A stretch of DNA of 25,679 nt from Candidatus Heimdallarchaeota archaeon (GTDB lineage: Archaea > Asgardarchaeota > Heimdallarchaeia > JABLTI01), in NCBI GenBank assembly GCA_019056785.1, contig DXJV01000013.1, forward strand, positions 1 to 25,679, in the 5' to 3' direction. Within the stretch, counting starts at the first letter, position 1, and the number at the start of each line of letters is the position of its first letter. The position numbers and the translations under genes were made by a program. The notes under the pieces were generated by a model. The model did not search any database, was not told the DNA's origin, and was given only the letters and a program-made list of their open reading frames with translations. Positions 16,214-25,331 of the stretch are shown piece by piece.

Positions 16214-16352
16214 AGGCCTGTGGTGTAGAGTGCCGAGAAATTCAAGCCGGCATGCACACTGGCAAGCATAAGGGACTTTGAAAGAAGTACCTGATAGCTT
16301 CGGGATTTCCAAGAATCCCTTGATCGGAGTTCGAATCTCCGCAGGCCTACCA
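16214..16352 (+). tRNA. tRNA-Gln(UUG) with two introns (16230-16258 at position 16/17; 33-nt anticodon-loop intron, best fit 16283-16315 at 38/39); CCA encoded
   Basis: Acceptor AGGCCTG/CAGGCCT-A-CCA; D-stem GTGT/GCAT; anticodon stem AGGGA/TCCCT with spliced loop CTTTGAA; T-arm CGGAG-TTCGAAT-CTCCG; mature length 77 nt; both inserts fold into bulge-helix-bulge-like motifs. Confidence 0.92.
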
Positions 16353-16355
16353 ACC

Positions 16356-16362
16356 TTTTTTT
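16356..16362 (+). terminator. Oligo-T terminator after the tRNA
   Basis: T7 starting 4 nt after CCA. Confidence 0.6.
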
Positions 16363-16557
16363 CAACAAATAATTAGACGATTTTATGAGATATGAGCTTA
16401 AAACAATTAAAAAACGACAAATGTAAATCCTGACTCAAAGTAATTCCGAAAACTTCCGCACGCTTAACATTTCCGGAAAAAAGGACAAATTGTCAATATT
16501 TTTTTAGATCGGTTTCAAGATTAAAAAAAGACAAAGGGAATGTGTAAAAGAATGCTA

Positions 16558-19374
16558 TTATAGCTGCTTAATCCCTTTTATTGTGTCTTTTCTGAATATT
16601 ATCCAAGAGGTAAGTGCTGCTGCAGCTAATGCTATTGAGAACAAAAGCACAAAGGCTAATGCAAATTGCCATTGTGGGATGATTAGTCGTACCGGCGGGA
16701 GGGTATAATCTATCGTCAATATTTCGAGGAACATTTTTGCTGAGAAGATACCGATTGCAGCACCGAGGACAGAGCCAAAAAGGACGATGGATAGTGCTTC
16801 ATAAGTGAACAAGCTAAACAATTGTTTAGGAGACATCCCCAATGTTTTCAACATTACGACTTCCATCTCATTTTCAATGGATTGGATGATAATCATAAGC
16901 GAAAGTGCCGCAACAATGATAACCAATGATGAGATGAACGAGGTATTTAAAGAGCCATAGAGCATTGTATTTCGCAAGCTGTCTCCCGAGGTTTTCATTA
17001 AGTCTTCTATGTTATCTACCGACCGTCCAAGTGTTAGCTCGATGTTTCGTGCGACCGTTGTGATAGAATAACCTGGGGCAACTTTCACCAGCAAATCACC
17101 TACGACACTAAATTGATTATAAGCCACTGCTTCTGTCAAGTTATAATTCCCAATGACGCTAAACCGATAGACTGTTGACCCTTCTCGCGGATAATTCATA
17201 AAGAATCGAGGGAAGTAATTGTATTGCCCAACGACTGTCAAGTTTAAACCTATAAGACCTGTTCCAGATTTCTCTACCCAGAGGACAATTTTACTATCAT
17301 CTACTACTCCCACTTGTCGTGCTTCATCTTTTTGCATGAGGACTTCAGAGGGACTCTGGATACGATCAAAGAACGCTTCTGGTTTGCCATCAAAATAGTT
17401 CTTTTCAAAATGAGCAACTTTTACAAATTCTTCTGGATCAATCCCAACAACTAGATAGGAATAGAGTACAGAGCCGTAACTAACCAATTGGCTGGTAAAT
17501 CTCACATATGTTCCGGCTTCCACGCCCTCTACACCTAAAACTTGCTCTTTAATGGTGTCAGTTGAGACTTTAACATTCCGAACAAGAATATCTGCTCCCA
17601 AGGAATAATAGGCTTGTTCAGCGTCATAATTTTTATAAGAGGAAATGGTTGTCATTGAAGAAATGATTAGTGTAAAGGTGAGGGATATTAACACCAAGGA
17701 TCTGATAACTGCGTTTCTTCTCCGCAGGCTTCGTTTCGCAGCTAAACCAAGAATGCCTAGCCGAGAGCGCTTCCAACCGATTTTTCCGAGGAGCTTAATA
17801 AAGTAGGGATAAATCCTTGTAACAAAGAGAATACTTCCAAGGATTAAGCAAACAGGGGCAGTTGTGCCAAAACCATACGCGAAGGAATAGGTTGCTAACC
17901 CTTTAAGTTGCAATTTGACAACAATCCAGAGTGAAACACCAATTACGATCAAAATAACATCTAGAAACATTTTTTGCCATGTGGGCTTCTTTTGAATGGT
18001 TGTCCCATAGGCCTCTTCTGTAGAGATATTACTCATCTCCCAGATAGATTTAGCATTAATTATTGTCGAAAAAATAAAGGCCGTCGCGATTATCGTGAAA
18101 AAGATTATCAAATTTATTGCCGGAAAAAGGCTCGTACCGGAAAAAGCTAAGAATCCGCTACTTCGAATCATTAGCCAAGCAAAAGGATAGCCAATGACAA
18201 AACAAATGAGTATGGCCATAATAGTGTACTCTACCACTTGAAAAGTTAGAAGAGTTAAGACTTCCTTTCTCGAGGAGCCTCTTTGGAGCATGTTAGAGAT
18301 GTGTCGTTTCTGTCGTTTTTTCATTAAATGAGTGGAATAATTCGTTAAAGAGAGAGCCATACCAATAATTGGCGTTATAAATAAGAGACCAAAAAGCTGG
18401 AAAATAACAAACTCTTCATTGAACTCGTATAACCGGTCCACAAGGTCCAAATCTATTTGTGCTGGAAGATCCAGTTCATCAAAAACACGTGCAAGCTCTT
18501 GCCCTAATTGCTGGAGATTTTTTATCTCACCTCCCACATTAAAAGCATCGATTTTTCGAAGGTCAAAAGCAAACCTGCATTTAAAGCCAGCAAATCCCTT
18601 GTCATAATTAATACGGTTAATAAAATTGAATAATCCATCGTATTTTGTTATAAGAAACTGATCTGTTAGATAATCGTCGAGCGCACGCATGTCTTCTTTT
18701 AGTGGCCCTAGATAATTCTCGAAATCCTCTGCTGCGACTACGCCGGTAATGTTAATATAATTTCCTGCTTCCGGGATTCCCAGCTCAACAGAATCCCAAA
18801 CGCTGGGGGGCATTTTTACAAAAACAGGGACATATAACGGAAAAAGTCCCAGCTTTGAAAGATTGGTGTTTTCAATCACACTTCTTTTTACTACTGCAAG
18901 CGCTTCATTTGTACGATATGGAAGGCTTCCATTATAGAGGAGTGATTCGAAGGCGCTATAATAATCGACAGGCAACCCAAAGAGACTAAGCCCTGAAATC
19001 AGCTGATCGTCCCCAGCAGGGTTATTAGAACTAAGATAAAGAATTCCCCCTCGTTCGGTAATAATATCCACACGTCGAACACGATCAACCATGCCGGCGT
19101 CTTCAATTGCTCTTTGTGTGGCATTTTTTATAGTGAAAATAATAGTCTCTCTGACATCTGTGACATCAAAAAAGTCGATTGAAACAGTAAGCTGTTTGGT
19201 TGGAGGGGTCTTATTGAAATTACTAAAAGCATCATATTGAAAACTATACATGAAAATGAGCCCCTCTGAAATAATTGCCAGGCTAATTCCCAGTCCCAAG
19301 AATATAACAATAGTGTTTTTTCTATTAAGATTGAGCATTTTGTAAAAAAATTTGATTTGCTCAAGCAGTTTCAT
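16558..19374 (-). CDS. FtsX-like ABC transporter permease with two FtsX modules
   Basis: RQKRHISNMLQRGSSRKE and ENEMEVVMLKTLGMSPKQLFSLFTYEAL coupling motifs; LGADILV; two large extracellular domains. Confidence 0.88.
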   Translation of the reverse strand: MKLLEQIKFFYKMLNLNRKNTIVIFLGLGISLAIISEGLIFMYSFQYDAFSNFNKTPPTKQLTVSIDFFDVTDVRETIIFTIKNATQRAIEDAGMVDRVRRVDIITERGGILYLSSNNPAGDDQLISGLSLFGLPVDYYSAFESLLYNGSLPYRTNEALAVVKRSVIENTNLSKLGLFPLYVPVFVKMPPSVWDSVELGIPEAGNYINITGVVAAEDFENYLGPLKEDMRALDDYLTDQFLITKYDGLFNFINRINYDKGFAGFKCRFAFDLRKIDAFNVGGEIKNLQQLGQELARVFDELDLPAQIDLDLVDRLYEFNEEFVIFQLFGLLFITPIIGMALSLTNYSTHLMKKRQKRHISNMLQRGSSRKEVLTLLTFQVVEYTIMAILICFVIGYPFAWLMIRSSGFLAFSGTSLFPAINLIIFFTIIATAFIFSTIINAKSIWEMSNISTEEAYGTTIQKKPTWQKMFLDVILIVIGVSLWIVVKLQLKGLATYSFAYGFGTTAPVCLILGSILFVTRIYPYFIKLLGKIGWKRSRLGILGLAAKRSLRRRNAVIRSLVLISLTFTLIISSMTTISSYKNYDAEQAYYSLGADILVRNVKVSTDTIKEQVLGVEGVEAGTYVRFTSQLVSYGSVLYSYLVVGIDPEEFVKVAHFEKNYFDGKPEAFFDRIQSPSEVLMQKDEARQVGVVDDSKIVLWVEKSGTGLIGLNLTVVGQYNYFPRFFMNYPREGSTVYRFSVIGNYNLTEAVAYNQFSVVGDLLVKVAPGYSITTVARNIELTLGRSVDNIEDLMKTSGDSLRNTMLYGSLNTSFISSLVIIVAALSLMIIIQSIENEMEVVMLKTLGMSPKQLFSLFTYEALSIVLFGSVLGAAIGIFSAKMFLEILTIDYTLPPVRLIIPQWQFALAFVLLFSIALAAAALTSWIIFRKDTIKGIKQL

Positions 19375-19494
19375 ACTAATTTTTCCTCAATCTGTACTTA
19401 CATTCTTAGGAACCAATTGCCTTTAATTGTCTTACTTCTACTTAAAGAAATAATACTTAACAAAATGGTTGGTTTTTTCTGGAAAAATGGATGA

Positions 19495-22302
19495 TTAAAT
19501 TTGCTTCATAGCTTTAATTGTTTCTTTTCGAAAGACGATGTAGGCTGTTAAGGCTGCTGCAATAATGGCGCTGGCAAAAAGAACAATGAACGCAAGTGAT
19601 AACTCGAGAGGACTGAAAATCATCTTCGTTGGGGGGATGACGGTCTGATATGTTAATATTTCAGTGAAAATTTTTGCAGTTAAAATGCCTGTGCCAATAC
19701 CTATAATACTACCAAAAAAGACGACTAGAATAGCTTCAATCAAAAACAGACTAAACAATTGTTTAGGCGACATTCCAAGAACTTTGAGTGTTGTTACTTC
19801 TCGCTCATTTTCTATCGATTGAATAAATATCATTAAAACAATTGCTGTGACGGTAATCACCAGTGATGAAAGAAAGGAGCTGTTCACAGAACCGTATAGC
19901 ATGATATTCCGCATACTTCCTTGAAAGGTATTCATTTGTTCCTCTACATTATCCACACCACGCCCCAATTGTTGTTCAATTGCCGTTGCAACTGCTGAAA
20001 TGGAATATCCTTCCTTGACTTTTACTAAGATATCACTGGCAATGCTATAATTAGAATAAGCAAATAAATTGACAAGAGCTTTTGTTCCAATAATCGAGAA
20101 ACGAAAGATAGGTTCCCCAGGAGTGGGAAATTCAACAAAAAAGCGTGGGAAATATTTGTAAATGCCAACTACATTCAATGATTGATTAAGTGTGCCATAT
20201 GCATATTTTTCATAACGAATATTAAATTGCTCGCCGGTATAAGTATTAATTAACTTCAGTTGGTCTTCTTGCATGACAACATCTGTTAGTGCATTAATTT
20301 TTTCAAAGAAAATTTCAGGAGATTGCCCTCTAAGATATTGCTTTTCAAAATAAGCCACTTTAGCAAACTCTGCAGGGTCAATGCCTATTACCAAATAGGA
20401 ATAAGTCAACAAGCCATAAGTAATAATTTGACTAGTAAAATGAATGGATGTAAAGCTTTCAATCCCTTCTATCGAACTGATTATTTGCTGTGTTCTGTTT
20501 GTCGTTGGGTCAACATTTCTAATTAGAATATCCGAACCTAAGTTATAATATGCCACTTCTTTGTCGAAATTTTCATAGGATTGAATTGTTATCAAAGAAG
20601 AAAAAATGATGGTGAATGTGAGAGTGATCAAGATTAAGGAACGCGTGACATCACTCTTTCGCCGGGAATTTCGTTTAGTTGCAATAGCCAAAATACCAAG
20701 TCGTCCTTTTTTCCAGGAGCGATTCGAGATGAATTTCAAAAAGATTGGATACAGCCGTGTTGCAAACATTATTACCCCTAAGACAAGTAGCACTGGTGCG
20801 GTTGTTCCAAACCCATAAGCAAATTGGTAAGCCGTTTCTTTTGTAAGCTGTGATCGAACGATTAGCCAGAGCACGATACCCACAACTATAAGAATAATGT
20901 CTAGATAGAATTTTTGCCAGGCCGCCTTTTTCACTTGATGTTCACTGTAAGCTTCTTGGGTGGTGATTTTACTCATTTCCCAAACATTCTTTGTATTAAC
21001 TATGAGCGATAATAGGAAGCCAATCCCTATAATGCTAAAAAGTATTGCAAGATTAATAAGAGGGGGTTTTCCGGCGCCTGAAAACTCGAGGAAATACGTG
21101 CTTTTAGTTAAAAACCATGTAAAGCCATAACCAATTAAAAAGCCAATCAACAATGCTGTGATTGTAAATTCCACAATCTCAACAATTAAGATGAACATAA
21201 TCTCTTTTTGAGAGGAACCACGTTGTAACATACTTGACACTTGGCGTTTTTGCCTTCTTTTCAACAAGTTAGCAGAATAGCTGGTGATTGATAACCCCAT
21301 TCCTATTAACGGTGTAAAGAAGAGAAGGCTGAATAATTGAAAAATAATGAATTCCTTTTGAAAGTCTTTCAAGTATTGTAACATATAGTTATAAATTAAT
21401 GGTTGAAATCCCTCTGCATTGAACATTCTATCAAGTTCTTGAGCAAAAGTACTTAGTTGAGTAATTTCATCGCGGATTTTAAAAGAATTTATTTTATCGA
21501 GTTTAAAGGTTATTCTCCCGGTCGCAGCAGCATACCCGGGATAATAACTAAGCTTGGAGAGAAAATAACCAAAATTAGTGTAACTTGTAAGAAGAAATTC
21601 ATCGGAAAAATAGTCAGTCATTGCAAGAAAATCTTCTCGCATTGCCCCGGCGACATTGCTAAAAACTTCTTTGGCAATCACACCACTAATATTAATATAT
21701 TGCCCTCCTGTCGGGATTCCCATATCTATTACATTTTCGAAAGATTGGAACAAGATTGGTGTATAAAGTGGAAATCTCCCTGTATCACTTAGGTTAGTGT
21801 TTAATAGCGTCGTTCCTTTGGCAACAACAAGCACATCATCAATCCTTTGAGGGAGAGTGCCATTATAAAGGATGGTTGCGAGAGTGCTAAAATAGTCCGT
21901 AGGAATTGCATAAAGGTTCAACTCCGGCAAGATAAACTCAGTTTCACTTTTCGTTTGCAAGACTGTAAAAAAACCTCGAGAGAGAAACCAGTCAACCCTT
22001 TTAATGCGCGTGGAAATGGTGCTGGTTTTCATAGCTTCATTTGTTGTCTCAAGTAAGAGAGGGACAGATTGTTCAGGGTATTCTCGGATATCATATGCAG
22101 ACAGGCTGACTGACATTTGTCGACGTGGAACACCGTTGTAAAAGCCAGTAAAAGCGCCATATTGGAAACTATAAAGAAAGAGCAACCCTTGGGAGATCAA
22201 CGCCAAGCTGATGCCTAAACCAAGAAAGGTTATGATTGTGGAACGCCGTCCCATGAGAATTAACCGGAAGTACAATTTAACTTTCTCTATGAGCTTCACC
22301 AT
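19495..22302 (-). CDS. FtsX-like ABC transporter permease, tandem paralog of the preceding gene
   Basis: RQKRQVSSMLQRGSSQKE, ENEREVTTLKVLGMSPKQLFSLFLIEA; full-length collinear with 16558-19374; start placed near 22302 by paralog alignment (ORF track gives 22323). Confidence 0.88.
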   Translation of the reverse strand: MVKLIEKVKLYFRLILMGRRSTIITFLGLGISLALISQGLLFLYSFQYGAFTGFYNGVPRRQMSVSLSAYDIREYPEQSVPLLLETTNEAMKTSTISTRIKRVDWFLSRGFFTVLQTKSETEFILPELNLYAIPTDYFSTLATILYNGTLPQRIDDVLVVAKGTTLLNTNLSDTGRFPLYTPILFQSFENVIDMGIPTGGQYINISGVIAKEVFSNVAGAMREDFLAMTDYFSDEFLLTSYTNFGYFLSKLSYYPGYAAATGRITFKLDKINSFKIRDEITQLSTFAQELDRMFNAEGFQPLIYNYMLQYLKDFQKEFIIFQLFSLLFFTPLIGMGLSITSYSANLLKRRQKRQVSSMLQRGSSQKEIMFILIVEIVEFTITALLIGFLIGYGFTWFLTKSTYFLEFSGAGKPPLINLAILFSIIGIGFLLSLIVNTKNVWEMSKITTQEAYSEHQVKKAAWQKFYLDIILIVVGIVLWLIVRSQLTKETAYQFAYGFGTTAPVLLVLGVIMFATRLYPIFLKFISNRSWKKGRLGILAIATKRNSRRKSDVTRSLILITLTFTIIFSSLITIQSYENFDKEVAYYNLGSDILIRNVDPTTNRTQQIISSIEGIESFTSIHFTSQIITYGLLTYSYLVIGIDPAEFAKVAYFEKQYLRGQSPEIFFEKINALTDVVMQEDQLKLINTYTGEQFNIRYEKYAYGTLNQSLNVVGIYKYFPRFFVEFPTPGEPIFRFSIIGTKALVNLFAYSNYSIASDILVKVKEGYSISAVATAIEQQLGRGVDNVEEQMNTFQGSMRNIMLYGSVNSSFLSSLVITVTAIVLMIFIQSIENEREVTTLKVLGMSPKQLFSLFLIEAILVVFFGSIIGIGTGILTAKIFTEILTYQTVIPPTKMIFSPLELSLAFIVLFASAIIAAALTAYIVFRKETIKAMKQI

Positions 22303-22462
22303 TGGCCAACTATCCACAACCATTTTTAATTGATTTTGCTAACTTATAACATAGTTGAGAATAATTAAGCATTATGTGTCATTTGAAAAAAGTTTGACAA
22401 AGAGCAACAAGGAAGCAAAGAATGAGAGCAGCAGCTGAAAAATAGTGGATGGAAACAAAGTA

Positions 22463-23860
22463 ATGACCCTCTCAAAGAAGCACAGAAGAACCTATGGAGA
22501 ACATTGGACACCGGTGAAAGTCTTTCAAGAGTTTATTTTTCCGAAAATAAAAAACGAGCTAAATAACTACTTATGGGTGGATCTCTTTGCAGGAGAAGGA
22601 AATCTGATCCTCCCAATATTAGCAAGCATTTCAAAAGAAAATCGTGTGGAATTTTTCAAGGAGCATCTTTTTCTCTTTGATGTTCAAGAGCATTCTATCA
22701 ACCAAGCCATCCTCAAGGCAGAAAAATGGGGCATCCCAAGAACAGTAGCAAAGCAAAATATCTTCAAAAAAGACACGCTACGTGATTTTCCAGCTTTTCT
22801 CCTTCAAAGAGAAAAACCAATTTATCATATTACTAACCCCCCATATCTTTACCTTGGGTATATTGCTAAACATAAGGAAACAAAAAAATATCTCGAATAT
22901 TTCCAGGGGAAAAATAAAGGCTATCAAGACTTATATCAAGTGGCTTTAATAAATGACCTACGACACCAATTGGAAAAAATGATTTACATCATCCCATCAA
23001 ACTTTCTTTTTGGGTATGCGGTTTCAAATAAGATACGAAAGGATATTTTATATCATTATTACATTAAAAAAACAATTATTTTTGAGAAAGTGATTTTTGA
23101 TCATACAGGGACAAATGTCGTCGTTTGTTTCTTTGAACGAAAAAGTGAACCAAAACATGAACCCCAAACCTTTCCAGGAATAAAATTGAATGATGGTGGG
23201 ATACAAAAAAGAACCTACAGTCTCTATCCGGAAGACCATTATCGTGCCGGCAATGAATTTACTACCTTTGTAAAACAAGCAAAGGCTCTATTACCATTAA
23301 AAATTAGTTTCTATTTAACAAAGGAAGAAGTACAACGAAATAGCGGTGAAAAAGAGTTAACAGTAATAGATGCAAATGCCTTTAAGGGGAAACAATATGA
23401 AAAAAAGAGCATTTTTGTCAATGAAAAACAATACGAGAAAGTAAAAAGGAACAGCTTATTTCTTAAAACAGTCGATTCCGGGACAAAAGAAGGTAGAGCA
23501 GGATTATATGAAATTGAAAAAGTCTTTAATGTTGATGGGATTTTGGTAACTAGAGCAAGATATAGAACACACCCGATACAAATCTTTATTGAACCACAAA
23601 TGTCAAAAGATGACCAACATCTCATTAAAGATTATTTTAATACCATGTTAGAGTATTTCCGTGAAAAAACCGACAGCGAATTTATGACCACCTACAAATA
23701 TTCAAAGAGCCGCTACACGCGCAAATATTTGGGGTTGAAACAAGCAAGACAATTGCTTGAAACATGCCCCATTAGAACCTTAAATGAAAAAGAAAAGAAA
23801 CAACTGGAAAAACAGCTACAGAAAAAACAGTTTGTTTTAATTAATCCTAATTTTTTTTAA
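22463..23860 (+). CDS. N6-adenine DNA methyltransferase (gamma-type motif order), solitary
   Basis: YGEHWTP (motif X), VDLFAGEGNL (motif I), ITNPPY (motif IV), DLYQVAL, YIIPSNFL, IFDHTGTNVVV; ATG 22463 or GTG 22445. Confidence 0.85.
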   Translation: MTLSKKHRRTYGEHWTPVKVFQEFIFPKIKNELNNYLWVDLFAGEGNLILPILASISKENRVEFFKEHLFLFDVQEHSINQAILKAEKWGIPRTVAKQNIFKKDTLRDFPAFLLQREKPIYHITNPPYLYLGYIAKHKETKKYLEYFQGKNKGYQDLYQVALINDLRHQLEKMIYIIPSNFLFGYAVSNKIRKDILYHYYIKKTIIFEKVIFDHTGTNVVVCFFERKSEPKHEPQTFPGIKLNDGGIQKRTYSLYPEDHYRAGNEFTTFVKQAKALLPLKISFYLTKEEVQRNSGEKELTVIDANAFKGKQYEKKSIFVNEKQYEKVKRNSLFLKTVDSGTKEGRAGLYEIEKVFNVDGILVTRARYRTHPIQIFIEPQMSKDDQHLIKDYFNTMLEYFREKTDSEFMTTYKYSKSRYTRKYLGLKQARQLLETCPIRTLNEKEKKQLEKQLQKKQFVLINPNFF

Positions 23861-23917
23861 TGAAAAAAAAATAAGGGAAAAAGAGGGAAAGTTTTGTTAT
23901 TTTGAATTGTTAATAAA

Positions 23918-24784
23918 TTATTTCCCCAGGATACTTTTCCAACCTGTTAAATTCATTTGTAAACCTAAAGCTTCTTCGTCTAGACCTAAAGCCAAACCAA
24001 TATATTGAGTCAGATAGAGTGAGGGGATTTTCAAGTCCTTCTGGATCATCCGTCCGGCGACTTCTTGTGAATTTCCGAGTTGCTTTTGGCAGAAAGGACA
24101 AATGTTACAGATGCCATTATATCCTCTTTGCTTAATGATATCAACTTTTGTTCCTGCTGCAGTTAAAGATTTCTCTGGGTTTACGCCGATGATATTTGCT
24201 CCACAACAATCCAAGAGTTCTGGATAGGTTGGAGCTTTTGCACCTAGTACTTCTAAAATCTCTTGCATTTTTGTTGGCTGCTCCGCATCATCTGGTCGAG
24301 TAATTGTTGTCGGGCGAATTGCGTGACAACCATAGTGAGCGGCGATTTTAAGTTTCTTTAATTTGTGTTTAACATGCTTCTTTATTTTTTCAAGTCCGAT
24401 GTCCTCATAAAGGATTGTCAGGATGTTTCGAACAGGCAATGGTTCATCATATTGCAGCCCTTCTTTTGCAAGAGCTTTATTCACTTTTTCTCTTAAATCC
24501 GGATGTTGAGAAAGCTCATATTCCAGTTCGGCAAGGCTCAAATCACACCCATTACAAATGGTTGCAATAGCATCAAAACCTTGCTTTCTAGCCAGAGCAT
24601 GCACTCTTGCTGCAAGGAATGCCCATAACTCGTATTTTGTGTTTTTAATTGGCGTTCCACAACAATTCTGATCCTCAATGTCTGCATAATCGATTTTAAA
24701 ATAAGTTAAAATCTCACGTGAGCTTAATTCGTTTTCATAGCTATCATTTTGAGATGTACAGCCGATGAAAAAACCATATTTCAT
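23918..24784 (-). CDS. hdrB: Heterodisulfide reductase subunit B (two CCG domains)
   Basis: FFIGC...NCCG...TICNGC and AAHYGCH...DCCGA...ICPFCQ; YIGLALG. Confidence 0.92.
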   Translation of the reverse strand: MKYGFFIGCTSQNDSYENELSSREILTYFKIDYADIEDQNCCGTPIKNTKYELWAFLAARVHALARKQGFDAIATICNGCDLSLAELEYELSQHPDLREKVNKALAKEGLQYDEPLPVRNILTILYEDIGLEKIKKHVKHKLKKLKIAAHYGCHAIRPTTITRPDDAEQPTKMQEILEVLGAKAPTYPELLDCCGANIIGVNPEKSLTAAGTKVDIIKQRGYNGICNICPFCQKQLGNSQEVAGRMIQKDLKIPSLYLTQYIGLALGLDEEALGLQMNLTGWKSILGK

Positions 24785-25320
24785 TTTTGAACCTCCGATT
24801 CTTTTAGAGCCAGGATTTCATTTAGTCCAACAACTTTCAAAGCTTCTTTGAACTGAGTAGGGTTTTTAATCCCTCGTTCTGGAAGGTCGAGGTCATCTCT
24901 TGAAAGAAAGTCAAAATCAATGGTGGAAACTTCCCGCGGTTTTAAAATCGCTCCTTCCTCGCTAATTGTTTTTATCATTTCGGGATAGATTTTTGGTGGG
25001 CTTATCCCCCATGAGACGGCTATGTTTGTTAGGGACATTATTGTTTGCACTGGTGAGGTCTTTTGTGGGCAGCGTGTTTGGCAAGTATAGCAAGTGAAAC
25101 AGTACCATAAAATTCCGGAGTTAATCAGCTCGTCAATAAAACCCATGTGCGCAGCAACTTGAATTTTATGCGGAGCAAATTCCTCGAATAATTTTGCAGC
25201 AGGACAACCATTTGTGCATTTTAAGCACGTATAACAATCTTCTGGTTTTGCCTCTTCGGAAATGGTTTTTATTTTGCTAATTATTTCAGTATCTCGTGTT
25301 GAGTATTCAATAGTATCCAT
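24781..25320 (-). CDS. hdrC: Heterodisulfide reductase subunit C (2x[4Fe-4S])
   Basis: CYTCLKCTNGCP and WYCFTCYTCQTRCPQ; ATGA overlap with hdrB; start 25320 (GGTGA RBS) or 25335. Confidence 0.9.
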   Translation of the reverse strand: MDTIEYSTRDTEIISKIKTISEEAKPEDCYTCLKCTNGCPAAKLFEEFAPHKIQVAAHMGFIDELINSGILWYCFTCYTCQTRCPQKTSPVQTIMSLTNIAVSWGISPPKIYPEMIKTISEEGAILKPREVSTIDFDFLSRDDLDLPERGIKNPTQFKEALKVVGLNEILALKESEVQK

Positions 25321-25331
25321 TTTTTTCACCT

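Noticed and set aside
16221-16264. Alternative strict BHB for intron 1 (GTGT/ACAC helix, intron 16229-16261)
   Set aside because: It would leave a 6-nt D-loop (AGGCAA) unable to supply G15, G18 and G19 together. The 16230-16258 intron gives a normal D-loop and a better intron stem.
16302-16319. GGGATT-TCCAAG-AATCCC hairpin read as a Trp(CCA) anticodon arm, or splice registers giving Leu anticodons
   Set aside because: The loop is 6 or 8 nt rather than 7. The body has A1-U72 and a short variable loop, fitting tRNA-Gln, not Trp or Leu.
16325-16352. tRNA 3' end as an integration (att) site for a mobile element
   Set aside because: No duplicate of the tRNA 3' end and no integrase or transposase seen in the window
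16153-16368. 71-aa minus-strand ORF
   Set aside because: Antisense shadow of the tRNA gene
1139-24101. Other short ORFs (60-110 aa) nested in or antisense to long genes
   Set aside because: They overlap well-supported CDSs or pseudogenes and show no recognisable motifs
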